Counted from the whole stretch's first letter, positions 36,374-50,424 are shown. The stretch: 63,323 bases of DNA, filler included, from Squatina squatina (GCA_031763465.1; 4 parts of 3 records of this genome joined end to end with filler, not necessarily neighbours in it), one strand, 5' to 3'. A program made the numbers and translations. Notes: generated by a model not told the origin, from the letters alone.

Positions 36374-36529
36374 CTAGGATTTAAAACAAGATGAGCAGTT
36401 GCCGTTGCTTCTGAAGGAATTGAGTGTAGGGGTGACAATGTCAGATTCACCAGACTGTGCAAGATCATCCTCACTAGCGATGATGTGTTTCACCAAACAT
36501 CGAGCTGCTTCATCAATGTTGACATTTTC
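36374..36529 (-). CDS. RAB38: RAB38 exon 3 (last)
   Basis: ENVNIDEAARCLVKHIIASEDDLAQSGESDIVTPTLNSFRSNGNCSSCFKS*; acceptor CCTCAG|; C-terminal prenylation cysteines. Confidence 0.92.
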   Translation of the reverse strand, partial: ENVNIDEAARCLVKHIIASEDDLAQSGESDIVTPTLNSFRSNGNCSSCFKS

Positions 36530-37633
36530 CTGAGGATGAAAAAAAAAAGTTAAACATCCATCTGTTCACTTAAGAAAAATATATACAAGTACACGTGTCT
36601 GGACTGTAAAATACATGGCATCATTGCGCTTGTGCAGTGGATCATATCCAAGAAATAATTTTAAAAGTTCATACTATTACAGCTAGGATTAATTTCACCA
36701 ACCTATCCCAGAGGAATGTATCAGCCTTTTTAGCCCTGGCTGTAATGCTGAGTTATCTCAGCAGGTATCATCTTGTTGCTCAGGCTGCTGATAACAGGTC
36801 TCATTTTCCTTTGCCTAAATGCCCTGTGTATGTTAGTTTGTCGGGTACTGGGAGAAGGACATTTACTGGGATTTAACTTAACGAGAATGGCACAGAAATG
36901 ATGCCACAATACCTTCTGGGTCATTTTGCTCCAATTAGGCTGAGTGCTCGCAAGCTCGTATAAACTGGGTGGTTGGTGTTGCTAGGCTGGGCCTAACAAC
37001 TAAAGGAGACAGAATTTCTCTTCAGCGGTAGCTCTAAATGAGTGACTTTGTATCGCCCGCCCATTCTACGCACCGCCTAATATTCAATTCCATTGACTTC
37101 AATGAGCAGCTGATGCAATATCACTCATTTAGCACCACCATCTAAAACTAATTTCAAGTCTTTAGTGTTTAAAGGCACAACCAGCAACCATCAGTTTTGC
37201 TGTACCTATCTCTGTTTCTGTTAACCAGCTGAAAAATGTTCTAGTGCTGTTTGGGACAAGACGATTTTGAGAGCTGCTCTGCAAAGTCCAACAATCCACC
37301 ATTCCCATACGACAATTAGTGTCACCTTTCACAATTCCACTGTACTGTGGAACTTGCAGGAAGAGGATGATAATGCGGAAGAACTAGTGGATTCCAGGGA
37401 CATGAAGCAAAATCACAATAGGGAAGTGGCTATCTGATGTTACTGAATAAATAGGCTTGAAACACAAATATCTGGATCTTGCATAGGCTTAGAAGGCTCT
37501 GATCCATCAGGGAGACAGTGACAGGGTTGTGTGACGCTGCAGGAGGATGTCCAACTGTACTCCAGAGCACGCACAGTGCTGCCAGTTACAGCGAAGATGA
37601 CAACAATATAGTGCTGTAGAAAAACATCGCAAG

Positions 37634-37743
37634 AAAACATAGGAACATAGAAAATAGGAGCAGGACTAGGCCATTTGGCCCTTCGAGCCTGCTCCGCCAT
37701 TCAATATGATCATGGCTGATCATCCAAATTCAGTACCCTGTTC
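37634..37743 (-). mobile_element. CR1 LINE 3' terminus
   Basis: Same tail family as 31268-31355. Confidence 0.8.
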
Positions 37744-38683
37744 NNNNNNNNNNNNNNNNNNNNNNNNNNNNNNNNNNNNNNNNNNNNNNNNNNNNNNNNN
37801 NNNNNNNNNNNNNNNNNNNNNNNNNNNNNNNNNNNNNNNNNNNCTGCGGAATCTCACACAATGCTTACAACCAGGATCCAGATCTGCTATTAGTTTAAAT
37901 ATAGCGTTTTACTTTCTTAAATATAAAAGTTGTCCTCAATTTCCAACTCAACCATTTGAGATTCTGCCTTGATCTTGTGTTTTACAATTGTTTAATATTC
38001 ATTTCTGTCAAAATGGACTGCTGAATGCAGATTTAAATGGGAATCACTCAACTGACTTGTCATGTAATGTGACGACTAGAAACATTCTGCACATTTATCA
38101 GTACTTCTTAGCTGTCCTGTGTTTAATACTTCCAACTATGGGTGACAAACGGCCTAGATCAGATATCTTGTGCCAAAATCCCCCTTGCTGTGACATGATG
38201 AGGCTCTGTTCCAGTGGAATCATAAATGGAGAGTATTTACCAGAGTCTACCATTCCCATTGCTGTTGTCACAACAGTCAATTAGTCTATGGTCAGTCAAC
38301 AGAATCAGATTGGCTCTAGATGCTATCTTAATATTGTGACCTCTTCTCTGCCATATCTGTTTCTCCATGGTCATTCCTTCAGTCTAGTCTTCCCCTACCC
38401 GGTCCCACCATTCAGCTTTGGTCTTCCATGAGATCTCTTCCCAACTGGGACCCACATTATAGAGAGTAGATATCTGTTTCTAGACTCCCTCCTTCACCTT
38501 CAATATCATTCAGAATTTTGAAGTAATTTGGGTAAATACAATTCTCCTTTTAAGCACTGTTTGTTTTAATGTATAATAACAATTCCCTGTTGACTGCTGC
38601 TTTGCATTTCTGTGTAATTTGTTATAATTATCAATTTCTTGATTTATTTCATTTGCCATCTGACAACTAAAAATTAATTTTAC

Positions 38684-38964
38684 CTTTGCTGAAGTTTCAA
38701 AGCAGCTGACGAATCCGTGATCCTTGCAGAACTGTTCCATTTTTCCAGGATGGGCAGCTAATGACTCGCTCCCTTGATCACATTTGTTTGCCAGTAGGAC
38801 AACAGAGACAGGTTTGCCATTAGGGAGAGTCAATTTTGAGTCTAAATCATCCTTCCATTTGGACACTGCTTCAAATGTTGTGGCTCGTGTAACATCGAAG
38901 ACAATAAATGCTCCAATGGCCTCTCTGTAATACACTCTTGTCATGTTCCCAAATCGTTCTTGAC
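38684..38964 (-). CDS. RAB38: RAB38 exon 2
   Basis: (G)QERFGNMTRVYYREAIGAFIVFDVTRATTFEAVSKWKDDLDSKLTLPNGKPVSVVLLANKCDQG...FETSAK; 281 nt with AG/GT ends. Confidence 0.95.
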
Positions 38965-39051
38965 CTAGAGAAATAAGGGGCATATGGTTTTTAATCTGAA
39001 AGTTTTTGTCACTTGACATTCTTTCACAGCCCAGAGCAAATTATAGGTGTT

Positions 39052-39400
39052 AGCCTTGACTCAATGGTCAGATTGGTCAGCACTCTGAGCCAGATGGTTG
39101 TGGGTTCAAGTCCCACTTCAAACAACAACTTGCATTTATATAGTGCCTTTAACATAGTAAAATGTCCCAAGGCTCTTCACAGGCACTTGAAGACACGGCC
39201 ACCAATGGTGGAGCAATTAAAATCGAGGATGCTCAAGAGGCCAGAATTGGAGGAGCGCAGATATCTCTGAGGGTTGTCGGGTTGGAGGACGTTACAGAGA
39301 TGGGTCGGGGCGAGGCCATGGAGGGATTTGAAAACAAGGATGAGAATTTTAAAATCAAGGCGTTGCTCAACCGGGAGCCAATGTAGGTCAACGAACACAG
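39052..39400. mobile_element. tRNA-like SINE head (+) abutting an L2/CR1-group LINE 3' end (-)
   Basis: B-box-like gggttcaagtcc at ~39102, then the reverse of LHWLPVEQRLDFKILILVFKSLHGLAP. Confidence 0.7.
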
Positions 39401-40409
39401 NNNNNNNNNNNNNNNNNNNNNNNNNNNNNNNNNNNNNNNNNNNNNNNNNNNNNNNNNNNNNNNNNNNNNNNNNNNNNNNNNNNNNNNNNNNNNNNNNNNN
39501 TACAGCCCCCAAAAAATCACATTTCTCCAAATTCATCTATTTGTAATTAGAACTCCACATAATTCAGTCAAATTAACTTTGAAAGACGGACTCCAGATCT
39601 GGATCATATGATGCAGCAACACATGACTTGTACATATCCTTCCGAGCCGACAGGGTAACTGCACCCTTCTACAGTATTATACAACTAGAGATAATAAAAC
39701 TATTAACATGATAGTAAGTATTGCGTCTGCTTAACTAATAGAACATGTAACCAAAAACGTAATTTCACAATGTTGGTGGAACTCAAGTATCCTTCATACA
39801 CCAGACCAAAATATGAATCAAAATTATCACTTTACATGCGCCTCTTCGAAGTTCAGATCTGCAGAATAATTTTAATGAGGTGTTCACAGTTCAGATGATC
39901 CCACAATGGTTTATTATCCTGATCTTAAATCCGCAGTAAGATTGTTTCTGCGCATCCATTATTATCTACAATATAACCTGCAGAGTTGGTGAGGCAGGTT
40001 TATTAAATTCATGTTTTTTTTCTCTCCCCCCCACTAGAAGGATGAATGTCATTCCAGTTATGTCCCAAACACGTGAGACATTTGACTTGTAACTAAACAT
40101 TGAATGACTGCGATATAATTACTGTTCGTTTATAAAGCGACAATATGCAGGTGATTAACGAGAAATTAATGTTTATGTATAAATGTAGTTAAAGCAATAA
40201 TATTAAATCTAGAATTGCCGGATACTATACCGGATACCGGATTATACTACTTTATCTGCACGTATTAAAATTCAGAACAGATGTTTATCCAGTTGCAAAA
40301 TCATTGTGCTGGTTGACCCGGTGCTTCTGACCAAACTGTTGCTCGCTGTCTCTCTAGTTTCTGTACAAGAAAATGCAATGGGTTGAGAGAAAGACTGGCA
40401 AAATCTTAC

Positions 40410-40611
40410 CCGCTATATCCCATAACTGCAGTCGAACCACAGTATCCGAGTCCCAATTGAGAACTTTGAGAGCGAAATCCACGCCTATCGTGGCTCGGTA
40501 ATGTTGGGAAAAGATCTGATGAACGTACCGCTTGATGATGCTAGTTTTCCCAACGCCCAAGTCTCCAATCACCAACACCTTGAACAGATATTCTTTCTGT
40601 GCTTTCTCCAT
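40410..40611 (-). CDS. RAB38: RAB38 exon 1 (spliced CDS 202+281+156 nt = 212 aa)
   Basis: MEKAQKEYLFKVLVIGDLGVGKTSIIKRYVHQIFSQHYRATIGVDFALKVLNWDSDTVVRLQLWDIA(G). WDIAG marks the Rab32/38 family; adjacency to CTSC supports RAB38. Confidence 0.95.
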
Positions 40612-40900
40612 TGATGCACCAGCCTCGCTCCCTCAGCTATTCCCTCCCGCTCGCTTTCTTGAACTGTGCTGCACTTTAATCAGTTGCAAACTCGCGAAAC
40701 CAACTTTACTCACTGGTAATTTCCACGCATGCTCTCTATTGAGTATTTGTATCTTTCCTCTCGCCTCTTGAGCCGCCCCTCAGAGAAATTTAAAAGGGCA
40801 GTGTCTTCAGCCACCTCCTAGTGCGGCCAAAGCTCTGTGAACTTTAATTGTCTGCACCAGTTACACGTGTGGTTGCGCACTCGATTATCGATTTTGTGGG
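40612..40900 (-). promoter_or_regulatory. RAB38 5'UTR/promoter region with E-box CACGTG (40864-40869)
   Basis: CpG-enriched sequence upstream of the ATG. The E-box fits MITF/TFE regulation, which is inference. Confidence 0.4.
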
Positions 40901-41985
40901 TCAGTGATTACTGCTGAGAGGTCACCACCTTTATATTTGATCTAAAAAGCAATGAAGTGCAACCGTGAAGTTATAAAAACAGCTAATAAGGAGCTCGCCC
41001 GAATGTTTTGAAGGACGAGAAAAGGAGGGAAAATAAAAGAGAAACGACTTTAAATTGCCCCTTTTGATTCACCATTGCCTTTGCAGTTGCCATAATAGTT
41101 ACCTTATCATTTAGTATTTTTAAGAAAGTACAGGAAAAACGGTGAGCGAAACATGGAATCCGTAATCGAATCTCCTTACATTTAAATTCAGGTCACGGTG
41201 ATCATTAATCGTTATACCAATCAGAATATTACATTCAAGTGGAAAATATGTGTCCAGACTAATTCTTTGATATTGTTACTGGCAAAAAAGTCTGCCAACC
41301 ACACTGAGTTAGAATCCAGTTTGAAGCTAGGTCTTGACTTTTAAGATAATCCCAAGTATTCTGTTTTACAGGGAAATCGAAATGGTCACGCTGTTTGTAC
41401 AATTAGTTGTACGACAAATAGCCGGGATTTCAGTTGTGGCAGCCTTCTATATACCAATTTTGTATTGTGTTCCATCATGCTTGCGGGATTAATCATGTTG
41501 TAATCCAAACCACAAACATATCAACATCCCCCCAAAAGTAAGTCAAAATAAGTGCCGCAAATGTTATCTTTCTGTAATCGGAAAAGATGTGTGCTCAATT
41601 TGTTGGCATGTCTAGAGTTAAAAATAGACGCTCGGATTGCAACATCCAATTGTTTGACACGCTAAAGCTGACAAGATATTTATTCCCCGATAAATGAGCG
41701 GATTTTATTTAACTAATTTCAGTTTCAATTTTACACATATCTTTATGGTGTTTCATTATTGGTTAGTTTGTTTTTGGTTTTTTGCAAAAAACATTTCTCC
41801 TGAACTCTATTACTCACTTTTTAAAATAATTCCCACTGCTAATTAGNNNNNNNNNNNNNNNNNNNNNNNNNNNNNNNNNNNNNNNNNNNNNNNNNNNNNN
41901 NNNNNNNNNNNNNNNNNNNNNNNNNNNNNNNNNNNNNNNNNNNNNNCCCAGTTGTGCTTCCAGCAAGCATACTTGGTTATTTCCC

Positions 41986-42488
41986 TTAAAGTTTAGGCAC
42001 TGGAGTAGCTGCTATAGCAATGCTTTCAATCGCACATTCATCATTGCCTCGAAGGATTCGGAAGTAACCACTTTCTCCCCATTCTTCTCCCCAGCTGTTC
42101 TTAATTATCCAGTAATTTTCCTTTGTTTGAGGGTCACTGCTGTAGCCTACTAGCAGCACTGCATGATTCAGAAGCTCAAAGGGGTTGAATGGATCACGTA
42201 AACCAGTATGGTGATAGATTCCTCCGTGGTAATTTAAGAAGTCACCATAAACTTCAAAAGCAACAGACACTGGGCCATTTTTTACCAGCTCAAGTTTCAT
42301 TGCTGCTTCACTGCAACCGCCATAAAACCCACCCACATAATAATACTGAGATGTGTAGTAACGATAGCAAGACTTCGGAATGGTGCAAGGAGTATCTGTT
42401 CCAACATAAGGGAAGCAATGTTCTTCAACCAAACCAAAATCTTGGGCATACTTTCCAGCAATCAAGTATGGAAATCCTCCATCACATC
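41986..42488 (-). CDS. CTSC: Cathepsin C (dipeptidyl peptidase I) last exon
   Basis: (G)[22 protein letters not shown]...[17 protein letters not shown]...YWIIKNSWG...[27 protein letters not shown]; catalytic His and Asn present; 503 nt. Confidence 0.96.
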
Positions 42489-45400
42489 CTGGATGGGATT
42501 AAAAAACAAGTAATGATTACCCACACCAAGCTACATTAATACTAGCATGTAAAAGCTACAGTTGTGACCACCCCACCCCAAGANNNNNNNNNNNNNNNNN
42601 NNNNNNNNNNNNNNNNNNNNNNNNNNNNNNNNNNNNNNNNNNNNNNNNNNNNNNNNNNNNNNNNNNNNNNNNNNNNNNNNNNNATCCTGAAAGTTCCTCT
42701 TTTAAATGTAACAGCTAGCCTCAGGTCCTGAACCTGTGACTTATGGCAGTACACTCCTTATTTTAATATTTGCTTTAATTTCAGAGTGGAATCCCCATAA
42801 TAGTGGCAAATGTAAAAAAAAGAAAAACAAGGATAAAAAAATGATACTGGCAAACTACTACATGGTTACCTTTCTCTAATGGCTGAGCAAATCAATCATC
42901 ATAGTTACATATTTACAAAGTCAATCAAGCTTCAAGGAACACTTAGTTTAAGGCAAGCATAACTAATACAGCACATATAGTACACATTTATTTTTTGATT
43001 AAACAAACGTATACTGGCATCATTGTTAGGCAGATCTACAATTAATTTATAAATGTACTAATGAGTAAACCAAAACAGCTACATTTAAAACATAGAAATA
43101 AAGTTTTTTATGTCTTATGCTAAGTAATACCTGAGCTCTCCCACAAGGTCTGACTCGATTAAGCAAGTAATATGATGCCAAGTTTTTGCAACACAATGCA
43201 CTCCTGTCAGACTATGATGTTTTTGAAAAGAATCTCATTAAAATGCTACATCATGTTAGTTATTGACCATGTGACAGGTACAGGAGGCCACAAAACCAGT
43301 GCTTGATTTTACATGCATTTCCTGTGTTTATTTGTGGTTTCACATTTCCTACAATGTAATGTTTAGCTTCAAAAACTAGAACATACAGCATTAACTTTAC
43401 TTCGGATAATCATCTGTGCAAATATATATTTCAGAGAGTTTATTTTGAAATTGCAGTTTCTTCATTGGGTTTCATTCCCTGGGTATTCTAGTAATGACAT
43501 GAAAGGGAAGGAATGAATCACTAAATGTACACTGAACCTATTCAATCCTTAGGATGATCAGTCCAATGGGGAACAAACCATTTTTAAATGGAACTTCATA
43601 TTTGATTATAGAAAAGGACTATGCTTCCTGAAGTTAAATCGATACCAAGAAAAATGTTCTAGAGTTGTGATTGAATGTTGCCTTTCATAGATTTTCAAAC
43701 ATCCATTGGTTGATCTCTTTTGCTTTCAATATTTTACATGAGTGCCCTGAGGGATGTATTTATTTTTTACAAGAACCCAAGACGAAAGATCAAGGCTCAT
43801 AGTGCAGAACATTATCAATAGAGAGAATAAAAGAGCTGAGATAAATCAAGAAGAAACATATCAAGATATAGGACGATCAGAACTGATCAGGGCAGTGGCA
43901 TTAGTTTCAGATTTCTCTAGTAAGAGCCAGCACATTTGAGCCGTTATTACCTCCTTCTGTTCTGTAAACGTCATGGTTCTATGGAATAGCCTATTGGTGG
44001 TGCATGTGCACAGTAACGATACCTGTCCGTCACAACCTGGCAGCTTGGCAATGTCAGGATTTCCCAAAGAACTACCAACAGGTCCAGTGTCTATAATAGT
44101 GATGGTGGAGCTACCCTAGATATCCCAAGAAGATTGACTCCCTATTTATTTTGATTGAGACAAATTGACTTTTATAGTATCATTAACACTTTATTTTTAA
44201 CTTCTGGGATATTACGCAAACTTAATTTACAGCATAGGCTCTGCTTTATGAATAAGAATTATTGTCAAATCTCATAGAAGCCATGATGGATTGAAAGGAA
44301 AGTACAATTTAAATTGAGATTGCAGAAGCCATTACTTTTTAAAAGTGTACAAATACCATTGCACTATTAATGACATCCCATCAATAAAAGTGAAAATATG
44401 CATCATATAAGACTGGGTTACACAAAGATAAATTTCAGTGCTTGCATCTCAAGGTAAGAATTATATTCCACACTATTAGACTTACATCAATAAAAAACAT
44501 GTTTCTATAATATAGTTTTAATATTCAAAAAGTCATTGTATCATACATAAACACTTCACATGTTTTAACANNNNNNNNNNNNNNNNNNNNNNNNNNNNNN
44601 NNNNNNNNNNNNNNNNNNNNNNNNNNNNNNNNNNNNNNNNNNNNNNNNNNNNNNNNNNNNNNNNNNNNNNNNNNNNNNNNNNNNNNNNNNNNNNNNNNNN
44701 NNNNNNNNNNNNNNNNNNNNNNNNNNNNNNNNNNNNNNNNNNNNNNNNNNNNNNNNNNNNNNNNNNNNNNNNNNNNNNNNNNNNNNNNNNNNNNNNNNNN
44801 NNNNNNNNNNNNNNNNNNNNNNNNNNNNNNNNNNNNNNNNNNNNNNNNNNNNNNNNNNNNNNNNNNNNNNNNNNNNNNNNNNNNNNNNNNNNNNNNNNNN
44901 NNNNNNNNNNNNNNNNNNNNNNNNNAAGTACCAAAGTTGTGCCAGTTTGTTCTTAATATAATGACACATCCAGCACGTTCAGATTCCATCAGGCTAGAAA
45001 TAAGCAGAAAGGACTTTGTACCAAATGAGACAGAGGTAGCACGATAAGAGTATGTAGGTAAAATGTTTACCAAAAAGAAACCCAAAGATTTTTTTTTACC
45101 TACCACCTCACTTTTTGCATTTCAGCTGCTCAAGAAACTAGAAAATAATGCAGTCTGTCCATTTGACTAAAGAGATCAAAAGTTCACAACTAACTGAAAA
45201 CAACGTATCAAAGATAAGTAACAAAAAATAGAAGCACTTGAAGCCCACAATAAATTCTTAAAATTGGCACTGTTATGCTTTTTTTTTAAAAAATAACAAT
45301 CAAAAAAATTACCAGCGTTAGAGAAACATGGCGATCGCCATTTGCAAATACCAACTGCTGCCTTCAGTTAAAGTGGTTACATAACACATTCCACATCTAT

Positions 45401-47159
45401 TTGATCAATAGCAGCAAAATATTACATGTGCCCATGAAAATAATGCCTGCACAACATTACTGAGGCTGTTGCTAAGGTAAATGTAACAGTGATAATGTTC
45501 ATTAAAGGAAGAAGCAAAGTTAACTGTGCCAGTAATATTTCTTCATTTAGTGAACCATCTCTGGAATTCATCTTAGGAACTACATGTTTCCATGATCTCT
45601 ATTCACTGTTAACAATACAAGAATATATGTTAATCCTTGCATTTCATACATTATAGTATGTAAACTAGACAATATATTAATATCGATGTATTACACAATA
45701 ATGAACTCAAAGGTGTTAGAATTTTAGATTTTTAGATTTAAAGTTATCACAAAACATACAGGATTTATTGTGACAGAGCCTGTACTGATACTAGTTTTGC
45801 GTTCATTATTGCTTTAATCTAATACACCTTGTCACAGTTTTGCACTTTTAAAACATCAATAATCATTTTAAACACAAATAAAATGGGGCTGCATTCTTTG
45901 CAGATATGCCCCCCAGTTGTCATCAACAGTATTATGTTTTCAGTAGTACAAGTTATCCAATGTCTTCACCTGTGAACTTCTGGAAATGTAAACTTTCTGC
46001 TCTACTGATGCCTGTGTAGCCAAACTTTATAATGAATTAGAAGGTGTGCAATAGTACAGGTTGTTCTTAACCATTGTTCAGCTCTATGTAACCTATTTAA
46101 GAATTCAGTCTTTGTGAACTTCCAAAAGCAATAATGTGTTTCCATATTTATATACAAGGTATTATTGGAATCTTTGTAACCATTGAATTATGATGAAGTT
46201 AGCTATGTAAGAGGAGCAAATTATTCAGCAGTGTATAACACGTGAACCATTTATTTTATTAATTCGATTTTGAAGGTACAACTTTTTTTTGATTTTAAGC
46301 ACAGAAGGATCTCAGTACACATAGAGGTACAATGAACCTTCAGTGCCGAAAAGCCGCATTACCAATGACAGGATCCAAGTTATCTTTTGTGACTGAACAA
46401 GGTTATCGAGTGTTCTATACTTTACACTGAAGAACTGTAGAAAAACATGGTGTGCTAAACTCATTCAAGAATGCACACCATCACAATTCATTATGGTTCA
46501 TGAGTATTTACCAATACCTTTGTTATTATTATGTAAGTACTCCTGCACCACATAGAGTCCGCAGACAAAATGGGGTTATTTCTGTAGATGTGTGTGGGCA
46601 GGGCCATTATTATGATATCATCTTGTCCAGCAACAGATCAAGCAACTGGCAAGAAACATCATTATGTGAGAAGCACAGAAACAAAAGAAGCAAAAGTTGA
46701 CAAAGTTTCGGTTTTGGTTCCTCTCCCCCAAGCCAAGGTGGCTTGCTTGTAAGTACAATAATGTTTGTGTGGAGCACCAGACTAAAGCACTGGACTCAGA
46801 TGGACTTGGAGGGGAATCCGGAAGGCCATTTGAGAGTTAGAAAAAGGAGTCTGGCCCTCAGCAGACTCAAGAAAATGTAAATTTATGAAAGATGAAAAAT
46901 AATCAACAGTGATTGCATGCATTATAGTAACGGAAATTATATATAGATCAATCTGTTATAGCACTAATATAGATTTTATGGGAGAAATATAACAACCGTC
47001 TGCTTAATGTAGAATAGCATGTGCTAATCTATGTTCCTGCCATACAAACTCTGAAACAGTATTAAGATAGTGTCATCCTTCAACAGATTGCAACTGTAAT
47101 GTACTTATGTTAGCAGAACTGAAGCAGAGGTTTATGATGAAATAGAAACTCTCACCTAA

Positions 47160-47398
47160 TAAACAAAGCAAAAACCTGCAGGTGCCAAAAATTTGAGACA
47201 AAAATAGAAAACACTGTAAATTCTCAGCAAGTCAGGTAGAATCTCTGGAGAGAACAGATGACAACATTTCGGGTACAGACATCTCTTCAAAATGTGTCTC
47301 TGTTTTGAAGGGTTGACACCCGCGACATTATAGATCCATCCTCTCCACAAACGCTGCCTAAACTGCTGACTGATACCAGCATCTGCTGTTTATGTTTC
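47160..47398. repeat. Imperfect inverted (fold-back) copy of the hammerhead-associated repeat
   Basis: Left arm ctcagcaagtcaggtagaatctctggagag and right arm ctctccacaaacgctgcctaaactgctgac are degenerate reverse complements. Confidence 0.6.
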
Positions 47399-47804
47399 TT
47401 ACCTGTTAACAGTTGCCCAGGATATCCATAAAGTCCCATAGCCCAACTGTCTATTTTCTATTTGAAGTTACACATGGGACTAGTAACCATGGTGATACTT
47501 TCTCTGCTGAGTCAACAGTTAAATCATTTAGAGTAACAGAACAGNNNNNNNNNNNNNNNNNNNNNNNNNNNNNNNNNNNNNNNNNNNNNNNNNNNNNNNN
47601 NNNNNNNNNNNNNNNNNNNNNNNNNNNNNNNNNNNNNNNNNNNNNNNNNNNNNNNNNNNNNNNNNNNNNNNNNNNNNNNNNNNNNNNNNNNNNNNNNNNN
47701 NNNNNNNNNNNNNNNNNNNNNNNNNNNNNNNNNNNNNNNNNNNNNNNNNNNNNNNNNNNNNNNNNNNNNNNNNNNNNNNNNNNNNNNNNNNNNNNNNNNN
47801 NNNN

Positions 47805-48022
47805 ATCTTTGGAATCCGCTACCACAGAGGGCTATGGATGCTCAGACATTGAGTATATTCAAGACTGAGATTGATAGATTTTTGGGCACTAAGGGAATCA
47901 AGAGATATGGGGATGGCGCAAGAAACTGCAGTTGATCTGGAAGTTCATCCATTATCTTGTTAAATGGCGGAGCAGGCTCGAGGGGCTGTATGGCCTACTC
48001 CTGCTCCTATTTCTTATGTTCC
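47805..48022 (+). mobile_element. CR1 LINE 3' end
   Basis: tggaatccgctaccacagagggct...aatggcggagcaggctcgagggg...ggcctactcctgctcctatttcttatgtt. Confidence 0.8.
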
Positions 48023-50271
48023 TAAATGAATACCTTCAAAAGAAAACATAGAAGGAGAGGTTAGGATAGCTCTTCCTGAGACTGGAGTAGCTTCAGTACT
48101 GTGTAATATTACCATTTCTTTCAATATCATTACCTGTGAGCTGTCCATTTACAAAACTGTCTGCTCTGGGGAGATGTTGGTTTCCCTGGATCTGCCTGCA
48201 GTTTAAGGGTTAAATATCACACTTGTGCCAGTACCAGTTGCTGTTGCAGCAGCATGTCTTAGCAAGGCCATTCTGCAATGCACAATACACATAACGCACA
48301 ATGGTAAGTGGTACTGTCATGTTTGCAGTCACTATTTATCCCCTTCCAATTTTCTCCCCTCATACTGAACGCATTCACTCATGCCGGGGTATGATTCCCT
48401 GCATGCCCTCCACTGCCTTGCCTAAGTGGCCATTTTTCACATATAAGCCTAGATATTGAGAATCAACAGGATGTTGAACTGTGGTTGGCACCACACCTGA
48501 CCTATCACTATCTGCTGCCCACACATTCGCAATTCAAGCAGTGATCATTAGATAATGATAGAGAGAAATAAGGAACCATGTTTGATTTTTTTTTTAACCT
48601 CCCTATCATAGGGATACTGAGGCTAACTGTGACACACGCTGAATGAAAACCGCTCACTCAGCTGTCTGTTACTAAAAACCCTTTGATGTTCCTCAGTGCT
48701 GAGGACACATTGGTATCAACTGCTACCAAAAGATTGTCAACATTGACTGGCACCAATTCCTAAATTAATCCTATAATTGCCTGGTCTCTATGGTTCAGTT
48801 GGAAAAAGTAACTCAAATCAGTTAGCAAAGCTGTAATTTTCAAAATGTTATCTTTAATTAACACACAGTTCTGAACATTACCTAATCACTTACCCACAGG
48901 ACTCAAATCCTTTGGTGTCATGTTCAATTAAACATACTAAACAATATGTATATATGATAGTGTAATCAAATTCATCTACACAATTGGTCACAAGCTATAA
49001 GAATCCATAATGTCACAAAGGATGATTAGATCTCAGTGATTTATAACATTATTGAAATATTCCAGACACAAGAAATGGAATAAAACATATCCCATTGCTG
49101 AGCAATGGAAAAAAACCTTTGTGATTTCCACTAAAAGTCTTGATGTTACTTATATAAATGTTACATTTACAGCTAACCATAGTGTATGAGCCAAGTATAA
49201 GGGATACTGCAACTTAAACATTCCGCTCCTAATGCAAGATGATATGTTTCATATAATGTATCTACATGTGTCTTTTCCAGCTGTTTACCTGTTAGTCATA
49301 TATATATATATATATACTCTTCCCATGGATTGCCCCACTTTTTTCATACAAAAATGGAAGTCCTTTTGGTCCTGGATCCTATGATCCTCATCCAACAAAT
49401 TTACATTCATTTTTGGTCTCAACCTTTTGAAAAGTTATGCAGTTTCGCATCAGGGAAATAGGAAATAACAATCTTTGTAACAGATTGCTAAAATCTTGAA
49501 GTCAACTTTTACCTGCAACCATGTCTTTTCTTAAATAGTTGTTATTATGAGCAATGCACTTGGCAATTAACACCATCTAACCAAGTCATCCTCTTCCCAG
49601 CCCTCTATCTAAATACAAGTACATTTCCATGTGAAAAGACCCCACAAGGTTTAAGGCCACTAGCAGACNNNNNNNNNNNNNNNNNNNNNNNNNNNNNNNN
49701 NNNNNNNNNNNNNNNNNNNNNNNNNNNNNNNNNNNNNNNNNNNNNNNNNNNNNNNNNNNNNNNNNNNNACCTCCTTGGCGGAAAAATTATTGATTAAGTT
49801 TGAAAATGACAAAATAACATGAATGATGTAATGAAGCCTGTATATAGAACAGTCAGGTCAATAGTTTGAGTGCTTTAGGGGAAGTAAAAGGCTGGAAGGC
49901 TACTTTGACAGTAATTACATTTGAAATAATTGTCTAACGATTGACATTAATTGAACTTAAACAGTTACAAAATAAACTTGTGTTAAAATCATATGAGTTT
50001 TGAATAGGATATGTAATAATCTGCAATGGTGAGAAAGAAGTAGATATTGACAGAGAAAATTCCCTGGATACATATAAATTAATTAAAAGTAGTTAAAATT
50101 TATGATTTAGTCTGTCAATTCCCTCAAAGTTTGATTTAATTTTAAATGAAGGACACATCCAGTTAGTGCTGGGTGCTTGGGGTCTCATCCCAAGGGCCTG
50201 TGATGCTCAAATTTATTAGGAGCTAATTTGATTCTGTTAAGTTAAGGAGTTCCAGTTATACATTCTAACTG

Positions 50272-50371
50272 NNNNNNNNNNNNNNNNNNNNNNNNNNNNN
50301 NNNNNNNNNNNNNNNTTAATTAATTAANNNNNNNNNNNNNNNNNNNNNNNNNNNNNNNNNNNNNNNNNNNN
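50272..50371. other. Artificial concatenation linker
   Basis: N-flanked TTAATTAATTAA at 50316-50327. Confidence 0.95.
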
Positions 50372-50424
50372 ATCTTTGAGAGCTACACATGGTTTGATTG
50401 CTTGTTGCCTGATTCCTTTCCCAG

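Noticed and set aside
43861-44067. 68-aa ORF as another CTSC exon
   Set aside because: No similarity to cathepsin C in the frames checked.
44927-46500. AT-rich, repeat-poor stretch as the 3' UTR of a neighbouring gene such as GRM5
   Set aside because: Plausible from synteny, but no coding exon is visible to anchor it.
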